Source: Chromera velia (lineage: Eukaryota). Taken from it: DNA of 64,000 nt. Under the pieces are notes generated by a model, which did no database searches, had not been told where the DNA came from, and worked only from the letters and a program-made list of their open reading frames with translations. The translations under genes were made by a program, and so were the position numbers. The DNA lies in assembly GCA_018398765.1 (NCBI GenBank), contig JAHBMJ010000035.1:62001-126000 (forward strand), read 5' to 3'. This document shows positions 27,380 to 40,281 of the stretch, one piece after another. Every line of letters begins with the position of its first letter. Within the stretch, counting starts at the first letter, position 1.

Positions 27380-30029
27380 ATGAGGAGTCCATTCCCACAT
27401 TGCAGTGCCCAAAGAATCGATGCCCAGTCAACCCCTCATTTCCCCATTTTCGTTCAAAGTGTTTTTCAGAGTCTCTCCTCTCGGTTTGCCTCTCCCGTCT
27501 CTAGCCGAAACCCCTCACCTGTGCTCCCCAGCTCTCAAAAGTTTCTCAAAGAAACTCTCAAGTGGGGCGAGACTTCGTTTACACAACTTCGTCTGGGACA
27601 TACATAAGATCAGTCTGAGGACTCTCCCCTCCGGGCCCCATCTCCCTCCCTCTTTTTAGAATTCCCAACACTCCCTACATTCCTCCACCATCCGAATTCT
27701 CGACGTATCGCCCCCCTTTTCTCATGCAAAGGCTCCGTCCTCAGGTTGAGTACAGCGGCATCTCCCCGTACGTACATGAGTCTCTCTGCCTAGCAGCCGA
27801 TCGAAGAAGGGGGAATATACAGATCGAGGTCCTGTCTGTCCGTTTGCCTGGCCTCCATCCTGTAGCTGGCCCCAGCGGGCGCCGTACAGCCCCCTCTGCC
27901 GTCTCAATTCGTTCCAGCCCCCTCGACTCCCCTTCCCGTTTTTCTGTCGGGAACTTCTCTTCTCCCAATCATCCGGGCACTCTGTCACCAAACCGCTTCC
28001 CTCCCCCCTCTAAGGTTACAGATTCATACCAGAGTCCTAAATGAGAGGGAAGTCGCGTCGCTCTTCTTGCCAGGCAGATAGAATAAAGACTCAACCAATC
28101 CATTTCCAATGACAGTCCTGGAGTATCACCCGCCTCTTGTGCAGTCCCTGCCCCAGATACAGAAAGGGGGGATGTAGAAAGTCTACCTGCAGAGAAAAGG
28201 AACCTCCAAGCACCCCCGCAACAGAATCCTGCCCCCTCGCGTGAAGCCACCCACAGTTCCGAACCCCAAGTCTTTTTCACTCCCAATAATGAGGGTTCTC
28301 CAGTTAATCAGGCTGTGGAGGATGCAGGGGGGTCCAAAGGGTCCGCAGTGGCCAAAAGAGAAGAGGCTACGGGAGGGTCGCAGGCAGTCCTACCATAACG
28401 CTCCATTCGGGATTCAAATGCAGTTGAAGGGAAGAGGAGATGGATTAGAGAAAGAAGGAAGCAGAGAAGGCACTTTCCTCTTCCTCTGATAGTCAGGCCG
28501 AAGAGGAAGGAGAGGAGGGGCGGTCAGAATTGGAACAGAGCAGCGAAAGCGAAATCACCCCCTCTCAGACTGTCTTTTTGAACCGCCTCTGCCCACCAGA
28601 AGGAAATGAGGAGGATGGGGGGGCAAGACTTAGTTTGGATGAGGGGAGCCAGAAGAGGGCGCCTTCTTCCTCGTGTTCTTTTGAGGAGGAGGCAGAGAGC
28701 GTCGAAGAAGTTTGCATGATGCAGAAAAGAGGCAAGCCAACATATCAACAAAAGGAGGAGACAAGACGTCGAAGGGTGCCGGAAAGCTGGACCAGATGAA
28801 GAGAATCCTCAGCCTCGCCGCCTCCTAAGGTGCCCCCATCAATGCCCCCCCCGAGAAGGAAGAGCAGGCAGACCCCCGAGATATTTGAGGGGAAATGGAA
28901 GCTCAAGGGCCTACGACCACGCCGGGCCTACTGCTATTCCCAAGGTCAGTTGAGATAGAACAAGACAAGACGATAGCCAGGGATACCTGTGTGAAAGCGT
29001 TTTGCTCTCTTTGTTCTACAATTTGTGCATGAAGCATAAACAGTCAGCTGCCTCAAGATCTTGAGATGTCTCAGACTGCATGATTCTTCTTGAGGTTGTG
29101 ATCGAGGATGAAAAGGTTGCCGGTTATCTCTTTGATCTTGTCTTGCCAAGGCTGCATCGTAGAGAGACTTGCCCTCCTATCCTTCACTCCACTGTATGTG
29201 TCAATGCAAAGAGTCCCCGTACCCCTGCCGAGACAGAAAAAAGGACCTCCCAGAGGAGACAGACAGCTCACAGTATAACTCGCACGGGAAGATGCGGACG
29301 TTGCGAAGGTGCGATTGGCTGCGTTCATGTCTGACTCCTCCTCTCTTTCTGGAAGCCCCTTTCTATTTTCTTTCATGTGCTTCCTTCTAACCAAACTCCT
29401 GCTGAGATGGCAAGGATTCTTCTTCACTTGGGAGACGGCTTTTATGAACGAAAGAGACACGGCTGTTGGATACTGCTAGGTTTTTCTGTGTCTTTTTTGG
29501 GGCTCTTATGTGGTCAAGAATGGCTTTTGTTTCCCACATTCTCGCCCACCCTTTGTGTTCTCCCGGCAAGCCAGCTCGAGGGAGGCGCCAAAGAAGAAGG
29601 GCGGACAGGGGGGGGGAGACAGGCCCCTGGAGAGGGAGAGAATTGAGAGACGAGAACGAACAGGACGACTGTCTTTCTTCGTCTTCTTCCTCTTCTGAAG
29701 AAGAAGAGCAGAGAGGTTAAAAGAGTGTGGAAAGAGGCGACGACCAAGAGAGATCCCTTAGTGGTGTCTCTTTAAGACATCCTAACAGGGTTTCTGGAGA
29801 GAATGAGAATTCCTCACAACAGGCCTCTGAATCTTCTTCTTCCCTTCAGCTCAGAGCTGTCGGTGACCTTGGGAGTTCTGCTTCCCTCGATAAGTCGTTG
29901 AAAACATCAGAGGCAGAAGAAGAAAAGAGTCCTCGGCTTTCTTCTTCGTCTGTCATAGATCGTGAGGAAGTCGGGAGGGGTGAGGTAGAGGAGATGGAGG
30001 AAGAGAGAGAAGCAGGGAAGGAAGGCTAG
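27380..30029 (+). pseudogene. Decayed low-complexity (Ser/Pro/Glu-rich) coding sequence of unknown family
   Basis: Chain of coding-like ORFs (27380, 27724, 28530, 29080, 29727) broken by stops and frameshifts. No recognisable domain. Confidence 0.35.
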
Positions 30030-30113
30030 AGACGATTAACAGGAACGAATCGTGTCAGAGCATCCCATCGCAGAAGAACAGTCACTCCACCAACGCCCCA
30101 TTCTAGGGCGTAG

Positions 30114-30830
30114 TATTTGAAAAAAAAATTAAATACGACTTTAATAAAGATGATGATGATGATGATGTATGAGGTTAAAGCCGGTGAGCTATATAGGCTC
30201 TAGCCAAATGGATTAGTGATAATAAGTAACGAGTGATTTGATGGTGTCTAGAGCCTAGTCTAGAGCATTATCGCCATTTAAGTTTTGTTTTGTATATAAT
30301 TATACACGTTGCCCTCGCAAACCATTTTTTTGTGTTAAAACATCTGGTGTCTGGGTGTTAGTTAGCACCGCATTGCAATAGTACATATTTCAGCTATTAT
30401 ATGCTGTTAATGTTTTAATATATTTTTAAATCATTAGTTAAATCTAGTTAAATCAAAGTAACTGTTAGCTTTATATAGTCTTAGTATCCAAACCTAGCTC
30501 AAAACCTTAGTTAAAACCAGTTTTATTCTATAAGTTTTATTATTAGTATATATATTTTTTTGAATGTTGCCTCTATTTTTTACAGAGGCATTAACATTGT
30601 ATAGAAGATTCAACCTAAATTGAATATATACATGCAAGTCATTGAAATACAGTTTTAACATCTTTTTACACTGTTTGACCCACTGTGGCAGTTCCAGGCC
30701 TGCTAGCTGGTTTAGACTTACCCGCTTGTTTAGGCCAGCATGTTTTAAATCAAAAATGATTTATTTTGTATTCAATTCTTTTTAAGACCAAAAACAGCTT
30801 CTGACTATAATGAGATGGTGGGAGCTAGAT
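30114..30830. other. AT/TpA-rich intergenic island
   Basis: Compositional shift. Contains an inverted copy (30149-30207) of 18538-18597. Confidence 0.7.
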
Positions 30831-30859
30831 GCAAAACTGAGATGCTAGTTGACTCATTA

Positions 30860-32512
30860 CTACGGCTGCCCCACAACCACAGCGTTCTGCAGATTGAAAG
30901 CAGCAGGTCCGGACTGGACGGAGGCGCCTCCCATGGGCTGTGCATGTCCTACAGAGGGTGCGTACTGGTGTTGTTGAGGATAGGGCGGCTGTGCCACAGG
31001 GATGGGGTTCGTAGATTGATGGTATGGTTGCTGTCCTGCAACCGGTTGCTGTGCATAGGTCGGCTGGAAAGGAGCACCCCCTGGAGGCTGCATTGCGGGA
31101 GGCGGTTGGTATCCGTATCCCGCGTTGGCGGGGGGTCCGTATTGGTTCAGGGGCGTGTACCCCGGCTGCAGAGAGTGCAGGGAAGCGGCAGGAAGCCCAG
31201 AGAGTGGAGCGAAAAAATCAACAGAGAGGCACAAAGGAAAAGTTAGAAAAAGAATGTCTGCAAGAAAAGGGGATAAAGAAAGGAAAATAGACCTAGATTG
31301 CCTCCTTCCCCCCCCCCCTTTTTTTAAGAGACCTACGTCCTTTCTGAAGTCGAGGAAACATATGCCTCCTGCCATACCACCGTATTGAACAGAAATGCCC
31401 ACAGCTGCCAGGACCTGCAGCACGTTTCGGAAAGTGCGGAGGCTACATCAGCGCCGAAAAAGAAAATCGGGGGGACTTGAGATGGAGGAAATTTCAGTCG
31501 CGCTTCAGCCAAGAGAAAGAAAAAAATAGGGAGGTTTAGCTTTTGAACAAAAAAAATGAACGACCGCATTCTCAAGCAGATCCAAACCACCTGTTCCTCC
31601 TCTTTTGGTACTATCATGGAAGAAGCGAAGGAACAGCGAAAGGAAGGAGCAAAGCGACAAAGGATTGAGCAAAGAAATGAAGCAGGAAAGGGCGGAATGA
31701 CGGAGCGAAGGAAAAGGAAGGAAGAAAAAACGAACGGCCGATCGAGCCACAGAACGAGCGAAAAAAGAAATAACGCAAGCAAGAAGACCACCCGGCACAG
31801 AGGCATCAAAAAGTGAGGAGCTAAATGGAGGCGTCCTCTAGCTGTCCCCTAACATATTGTCCGACCAGATCGCAGACCTGCGACAAATCGGATGCGAGAT
31901 TCATGGCTGCTTTGGCGAATTGCTGGTTGGACCACCCATGAGTGACTGCTGCCAGGATGAAGGAAAGTACGGCGCAGATCATCAAAATGGGGAACCAGAC
32001 AGCAGCGTTGAACCTGCAAGGCAAGATGATCACATGCAGAGCGCACACACAATTGTTTTGTCAAGCTGATATCACCGGAAGCTTCTCAATTCAACCCGAG
32101 GTGTTCCGCTCGATGCGAAGGCAGCATGGTGTGCCGGTTTCTTTTTTGACACGGCTCTCCTTTTGCTCCTTTCATTTCTCCTTGCATATATGAAGCTTAT
32201 TCGAAGAAACAACAGCAGCGCTTTAGTGTGGACATCCCCATGTATTCCGTTCTCGGCGCCCTTCTTCTTTCTGTCTGGCACGCTCTCCCTCCCTCCCTCG
32301 CTTCATGCTCTCTGGTTTGCTTACGCTTCTTCAAATGAGGCCTGAGCCTGGTAGACCATTACAATTCCAAACCCGACTGCAAAGACCAGAAAGGACATAC
32401 ACGCACACACAGAGAGAGGGGGGGGGGAGATGCACCTTCACATTGACATTCACGCACAGAAACACACGCGCACACACACACACACACACGCACATACACG
32501 CACGCACACACA

Positions 32513-32570
<58 letters not shown>

Positions 32571-33528
32571 CAGAGACAGAGAGAGAGAGAGAGAGAGAAG
32601 TTCTGTGAGATTTATCTTGACGTTGGCTGGCGAATTGACATTGTGAATAGGAGCGTGGATGTGGTGAATGTGGGAGCAGTATGTGTATGCAGGCAGGCAT
32701 AGACGGACATGCAGAGCGCAGCAAACATGCAGATGGTCGGAGAGAGCAGCGTGTTGACAGAGACCGTGCGAAATGACAAAGAACACAACAAACAATCCAC
32801 AACATGCAGAGACAACTCTCGGGATCCATGCAGGGGTCCAAGGGAAGGTTATCCCTCCGTCTGTCTGTCTTTTTGAGGGAGGAGGGTCGCACTCTCACTC
32901 ACTCACTGACTGGCTGACTAACTGACTGACTGACTGACTGAAGCAAAGGAGGCCCAGAATCATCATCACAGCGCCTGCACGTTCGCAAACAAGATGTGGA
33001 CAAATGATTCGACCGCCAGGGCACAAAAGCGATGCGTTCTACGGTGAAGAAAAACCATACGTTATACCACAGAGGTCAACAACAACAACGAAGTTTGTGC
33101 ATCGGGAAACTTGACGTATCCTGCATGCGGAGCGAGTCAGGTGTGAAATCGGAAAGTAGCTGGGGCGGTTGCAAGGAATTAAATAGAAAAAATCGTATTT
33201 TGTCCTGCGAGGTCCTACGGCCATTCAAGCGACCTCTCTGGTTCAACGTGCCTCTGCTGATATTTTGGTTCCTTCCGCGTGGCCTCTTTTTTCCTTTGGC
33301 CTCCTCTGCTGACTTCAACTTCTTGTCTTTCGAGCTACTTGCCTGGTCTGCGTGCCCGAATACCTGTCTGTCTTTCTGTCTGTTCACCTGACGATATTTC
33401 CATCTGTCTATGTGTCCATCCGGCTGCCTCTGTGTCTGTTCATGTGTCAATTTGTCTCTCTATCTTCTCATCTATCCATCCATGCTTCTATCTGTCTAAT
33501 TGCCTGTCTGTCTGTATGCTTGAACGTG

Positions 33529-33565
<37 letters not shown>

Positions 33566-34721
33566 CTGCCTATCTCTCTGCCTGACAGCCTGGATGCCTC
33601 TCTATCTATCTGCTTGCCTGGCTGCCTCTCTTTCTGCCTTTCTGTCTTCGTCAACGGATCTGTCTCTGCATAGACTTTACCGCTGCAGGGGAACCAACCA
33701 ATGCGCTTGATCGAGTTCGCCTTTTTTCTCTCTGCGTAGAATCTCTGAAGTGCGGGTTCTGCGAGGCCTCTGTGGGCCTGTGCACAGGTGGGAAGGTGGA
33801 ATGGAGTCAGAATTTGAGGCATCAAAACCCTGCAGGCAGGCAGAGAGGCAGACGTGACTGACAGACAGACGAAACAGGTACGCAAGAAGGAAGAAAGGTT
33901 GTGATGAGCGATTTGACAGGCAGTGGAGTCCCTACAATCATACACCTCGGCATCTATGCATGGCTTCAATAAGGAGGTGCACGTATGCATGTACTGAATC
34001 ATTCGGTCACCCATAAATGACTTATGCGCTGCAAAAACTTTTTCCTTTTTTCCGTTCTGTGATAGAATGTAGCCGGACGGAAGCAAATGCTTGGCAGCAC
34101 GGCAGGTTCTACAAAAGAAAATGCTTGGTCTTCTGTTCACTCTGTGGTCGTTCATTTAAGCTGTAGCCTCCTACATGCATACCTCGAAGGTCAGACAGAT
34201 CTTCTACACGCAGGCAGGCAGGCAATGAAACATGCATTTGGACACGGAATGCAGGGAGCTGCCGAAGGGGCTGTGTGGTGTTGCGCTGCATGGCGCCATG
34301 TAATGTGTAAGTGCAGGGCCGACAACTCCCTGTGTCCCTTTTCCACTGGAGCGGATCGAGAAGACATGCACATCTTCATGTTGCTTTACATGCACATGCA
34401 TGCACTTACACTCGCTCAACTCCAGCAGGTACGGTCTGCATGGCCATGGCCTGTGCGTGCGCAAAGTTGTTCCTGCATAGGAATAACATGCAGTCATGAG
34501 TCCAGACCTTTCGAAAAAAGTCTACTGAGAATATTTGGCTTGTCTCACCATCCATAGTGTCGGTGTCGCGGAGGGGAGTGGTAGAAGGTGCCGCCCCCGT
34601 CGAAGTCGAAAGAGGAGCTCCTTCTACGACGCCAAAATGAGTGTCGGTGGTGAAAATGGTCAAACCTAGATTCCCTCCTGTCGTAGCCGTACCCGTCCTC
34701 GACGGTCACGTAGACGTCCAT
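30860..34721 (-). CDS. Multi-exon hypothetical membrane protein with Pro/Gln/Tyr-rich C-terminus
   Basis: First exon MDVYVTVEDGYGYD... ends at a GTGAG donor (~34548). Hydrophobic exon FNAAVWFPILMICAVLSFILAAVTHGW (~31875-32011), exon VLAAVGISVQYGG, last exon PGYTPLNQYGPP...VVVGQP*. Middle exons unresolved. Confidence 0.55.
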
Positions 34722-34969
34722 TTGCTCTGTCTTCCTTCCTTCCCGAGATAAATTCCTGGAGAAAGGAAGGGTGCACGGTTCTCTGTTCAATCTGCGGCTG
34801 AAAGCCGAAGTGCCTGGATCTGAAAGCTGTCCAGAGTCTGCAGAAGCTTTGCAACTTCGCGGCAGTGTCCCCGATGTGCTGGGTGCATCTTTTCTCATGC
34901 ATTATATCGTGAAAGGGCCGGGTGTCGATCCCTGTCGTATCGACATGCACTTTAATTTGATCGATCGAT

Positions 34970-35360
34970 CGACTCAGTCGATCATGCATGCAATTGCATG
35001 CATGCATTCATGCATGCGTGCATGGAATTCGCAAGCCATATATGCATGCATGCAGATACCCATGCATTCCAAAACATTATCGCCTCTCCGCGGGCGTGCA
35101 CATGTATTACAAAACCCATGCATATCCCATGCATGCATACATATGCATGCATGCACAAAAAAAAAACGAAGAATCCGCGATCGACGGATCGTCGGCTCGA
35201 GGATCTTTACCCCATGGTATAATTCAACTGTATCTATGTTTATCAGCAGTAGCAATAGTTTTGAAGTTTGAAGCGCAAGGCAAGAAATTCATGTTTCATG
35301 TGTCGTGATGAGATGTGTCATTGTATGTATGCGTGCATGGTGTGGAGTAATGTGCATGAA
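34970..35360. promoter_or_regulatory. Cluster of TGCATGCA motifs upstream of the 34721 gene
   Basis: Many overlapping (TGCA)n runs. TGCATGCA is an established ApiAP2-bound cis-motif in apicomplexans. Confidence 0.45.
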
Positions 35361-35564
35361 TATATGGTGTAAGGCGGACGTCAGATAACTGGCACGCAGG
35401 TCTAGGGCTCCAGCCCCGAACACAATGTAATCCTGTAATCCTGTAATACCTTATATAGGAGCCCGACTACGCTAAGTACTGCTAAGTCGTTACTTTAAAC
35501 AAACATTTTTTGCTAATAATAGGCCCAACTACTATATAAGTCATGTAATAAGTGAACCAATTTA

Positions 35565-36073
35565 TACACAGTATGGTTAGGAGTTACTACCAGCCCCTTT
35601 TAGCCAGTAGCGAGTTACCGTCAGTTTGGTAACCATGAGATGGTAACCAGCGAACTTGGAGGCACGTACTACTACCATAGTAGTTCAAGGAAAAACTCGG
35701 GTAAAAACAGTTGCAAGACCTATTTTAAAGCCTAACCACTTAACTCATTAGCAATTCAAAGCCCTGAAATGATCATACTCAAATAATACATAGGCTATAC
35801 ATAATGACATAATGGTTATAGTTCACTCATAAAATGATGAACATTGAGTTTTACTAGAATAAACTTTTAATGAATGTCAAAAATATGATTTTTACTAATC
35901 TGAAATTGGTTTTGTATATTAGGTTTGACTCAGAATATGACCAAATTTGCCTGTTTTTAGCTACTACCACTATGATCGGAACACTACTACCGTAACCTCA
36001 AAGTTGGTAACCGGGCGGCCTAGCGGCCGCCTAGTAACCATCCTACTTTTGTTACTCCTAACCGTACTGTATA
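35565..36073. mobile_element. MITE with 8-bp TSD inside an AT-rich island
   Basis: TIRs TA(C/T)ACAGTA(T/C)GGTTAGGAGT. Perfect TSD CCAATTTA at 35557-35564 and 36074-36081. Confidence 0.85.
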
Positions 36074-39000
36074 CCAATTTAGGAGCTAATATATTTTTTA
36101 CTTAATTCAATACACCCGCCCACTGGATGTGCACAAGCCTTCAGGCTACTCCCAAAACATTTGTTTTTATAATATAAAAAAAAAACCACGCACCATTAGA
36201 ATGACCTAAGGTATTAAAGACTAGTAAGAATTGGACTTTGGCTAATTAATCACTTTATTCAATCACATTCAATCACTTCATGGGATAATTAAATATATTC
36301 TAATCACAAGTGACTAAACACCTTTGCACTGCGGCAGACACACACAGACATACATATACACAAACAGACATACTATAGCAGACATACATACGCCGCGCTT
36401 GCGCATACTAGCGCACGCGCGCGCGCGCACACACACACACACATACAGATACACACAGATTCACACATACACAGAGAGAGAGAGAGAGAGACAGAGACAC
36501 AGAGAGCCACACCTAGAGCCACACACTAGGCCCTAGACTAGACCACACAGTATCATACACTTAACAGATGAATATTGCATGAATTTGGATACACATGCAA
36601 CATTGTGCTCCTAGCCAGGCTTCCAATTGGTTTTGTGTTCGTGAATGCATACATATGGAAGCTCAATCCGTACAGCTTCAAAGGGTAATCAGACTCGATC
36701 AATGATTGCATGCGGGCAGCCAGAGATGGAGCGAGCGAAGGAAAATGAATCGATGGAAACGAAGAAAAATCAATTGTTCGTCTCTTGATCCTTCCCGAAC
36801 TGATCGATCGATCGACACACCAGCGATCCCATCCGACCGGTCGAGACAGAGCCGTCCTCGATCATGCACCAGCATCAACTGAAGGAAAGTTAGTTGTAAA
36901 GGAGAAAGGAAAGAAGAGCGAAAGAGGGGCAGAATAGAAGGCGCGAAGTGGTCAGATAGAACTGACTGCTTCATTGCACGGGTGTGGAACAGTCGAAAAT
37001 CTGTTCACGGATAGGAGCGAGCGAAAGGGAGAAAGAACTTCTTGCCTCGAACGATCCCCGTTCGTTCGATGTACTGAATGAATGAATTTTTGGGTTCCCA
37101 CATGCTGAATGCGAACACTTGTGAACTCGTGCGTGCATTCGTCAGTGTGTGAAGGGAGGGCTTTTGACTTCTTTAATTACTTGTCCCACCGGCTTTGCAA
37201 GGAAAAGAAGGAAGCGGAAAGGAACATGCAGACGGTTTTTTCTTTGGTCAATCGAACCGGCGGATTGATTGACATGAAACAACCAAAGCAAATCATTATG
37301 CAGAGACTCTCACATCCGTCCCGATGCATGCATTCATACAGTCGGTCCGGAGATCGTGTGTCTGAGCAACTGATTTCATTGACTGTCCATGCCTGGAATT
37401 CCTTCGTCTCTCCTCCCTTCGCAACTGCAGAAGAAGAAAAGAGAGGAGAGGACGGCCAGGACGGATGAAACGATGCGTCCTCTTTTCTGATGCACTGAAC
37501 TGGAGGGGGCGCTGTCATTGACAGCGAAACCCGCAGCCAGGGATGCCGCCTTGATTCGCAGCTCTCGCTGAATTCTCTTCTTTTTTCCTCATGCACCTGC
37601 TTCCCTCTTCCCCCTTCCTTCCCCAGACAGGCTACAGACAGACCGCTCGACCAATCAGTCAACGGAAGTATCCTTCCTGTGTTGAATGAAGCTCTGGTTT
37701 GTCTTCTTATTTGTCCCTCCCTCCAAGTGGTCGTCCCTCTCTTTTTCCTCATGCACAGAACTACCCTCCCTGCCTGATCATCCATCCCGCCTCTCTAAGA
37801 CCGAGAGAGGAGGAGGCAGAGACAGGAGAGAGGAAAGGAAAAGACATCAAGCAACCTTCCCCCCCCCTCCTCACTGCCGTGTGCACTCACCAACAAACAA
37901 CGCAGGAGACCGCCCGGTCCCTCGCTGCCGTCTTTCTGTCTGTCCTCATTTTTCCTTTTTGTCCGATGCACACAGGCAGCAGCCGGCTTGTCACGAATTG
38001 TAAATTGGTCAGGTGGTTTGTTGGAGAGAGGGAAGGAGATCTTTTCGTTTTCGATTCTTCCCTCTTGGTGTATCTGTCTGCTAGGATGCAATGCATCATC
38101 GAATTGCTTTTCTGACTGCCTGGCTGGATGAGAGAGAGGATTGAATTGAATTAGACTCTGTGTGTTTTCCCCTCACACTCTTCTTCCTTGAATGACTGCA
38201 TGGTCACCTCGCACGTTCCATTGGTGTCCATCACTGCATCGATCGACGCATGCCCTCCCCTCCCCTCCCCTCCCCTCCCTCCTCTTGCACCCTTCCCCCC
38301 CTTCTCTTTAGAACAAGTGAGAGACCGACAGACAGACAGCGAAGAGGGGGGAGTGGCTGCGTGGAAGGAAGGAAAAAACGATCGACGAAAGGGAATAGAA
38401 GAAAGGAAAGGAACAGTCAGATTCCCCTCACGATCTTCAGGCCATGCTTATTGTGCTCTTTTCTTCTATTATCTAGGCATTACATCGTTCACGCATTTAT
38501 TTCTTATTTCCCTCCCTGCCTCCCCTCCCGTTCCCCCCTTGAATTCCAGAATTGAGAGAACTGACGGAGGTCAATAGAAGACAATGAAGACGGAAGGAAA
38601 GAAGGAGAGCGGCCAATATACAAGGGGGAGGGATGAGAATGATCTTCTTGACCTCCGCCGGTTTCTTTCATGCTGTTTGTTGCTGAGTTCAAAAGGGAAG
38701 AAAAAGCACTCTGGAGGGGGTTGAAGAGAGAGAGAAAGAAACGACAGAGAGAGAGACAGAAAGAAAGATACAGACGATTGCAGTATCTGTCAATCAATCA
38801 ATCAATCAATTCGCCGGGTAAAGTCAGTTCCCTCCCTCCCACCCTCCATTTTCCTCCTCCTGAACTCCAAAGAGGGAGGGGCCCCTTCTACGTTGCGTCG
38901 CGTTGCTTCGATTTCTTTCATTCTGATTTCGTCGTTCAGAATAGATGGTAAGGAAGACAGAGGCGAGCCGTGCCGAGAAGACGAAAATGACAAAGTTGAC

Positions 39001-40281
39001 TGGAAGGAAGGAAGAAAGAGAAAGACAGAAAGAAGACCCGAAGAGCGGAACAGAGGAAAGAAAGGAATCAAGGCGTGCGTGTGTAATGGACTCAGACAGA
39101 CAGACAGAGACGATCCTTCTTCGCTTTTCGCGTTCCGTGTCTCCTTTCTTTCTCTTCTTCTTTTTTGACGTGTTTGTTTTTTTGTCACGCGCTCCTTCCG
39201 TATCCTTTCCGCCTTCAGAAAAGAATTAAGACCAGGCAGGGGGCTCGGAAGGAAGAGAAAAGAGAAAGGAAGGGCATCTTTGTAACAAAAGAAAGGAGGT
39301 GGACGAGAAGGAAAGCGTTGATGGAAAGAGTGTTCGAAGCAATAAATCGTCGTCGAAATGTGTAGAGGAAGGGGAGCAAAACCAAGACATGTCGTCGGGA
39401 TTCTTCCCTTCCCCCTTTCAAGTTCCCTCTCTCTTTTTCCTTTTTCCCTTCCGGATGTGTGTCTCTGTAGGTTTTGAGGGAAATGGGGACAGAAAAGAGA
39501 AGAGAAGAGTAGAACAACCCCCCCCCTACTCACTCGAGAAGGAAGAAGGCTCGAGGAAGGAAGGAAGGAAGGACGGACGGTGTAGATGACGGAAGGGTCC
39601 GTCAGAGCGATAGAGAGAGAAAAGGTCGGAAGGAAACGGAAGCATCGTCTAAACGGAGCAAGGACGTGGGAGAACGAAGAAGAAAACGGATGTGGGTAAA
39701 GAAACGACGAGCAGAGTGGAGAGAGGCCGATACGAGAAAGAAAAGAAAATAGAGGAACGGGAGAAGAGGAAGAGAAAATCGTTCTGCCCCTCTGCCTCCC
39801 CGAGTTCATCCTGAAACAACTAATCCAAAATTCAGACCCCTCAATGAAGAATGTCGTTCTTCCCCTGCTCCCCTCCCGTCCCCTTCCTGATCTGATGCAC
39901 AAAGTAACCAAGCAGAAACGCACTCAAACAAACAAAGACGCCATTGGACGATCAAACAGGTGAGAGAGACGGTGGAGAGGAGGAGAAATGGAAGGAAGGA
40001 AGACAAAAAGGCAGATGAAGAAAGAGCAAATGGAATTTCTTTCTTTCTCACAGGAAGGAACGTCTTCTCTTCTTTCACTTTGATTGATTGACAGTTCCGC
40101 CCTCTGACTCCAACCAGACCGTCTCCTCCTCCCGCCGGTGAAGTCAGAAAAGCAAAACCATTCGAGCTTCTTCCCTGACTTCACTTTCTCAAATCATGAA
40201 TGGATGGATGGATCTTCCCTGTATCATCATACCTCCCACACATCCATGCATGCATAAATCCCCCACACCCTTCGCACTCAT

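Noticed and set aside
38802..39923. 373-aa ORF
   Set aside because: Low-complexity translation of purine/pyrimidine-skewed DNA downstream of the FHA-RING gene; likely UTR or intergenic.
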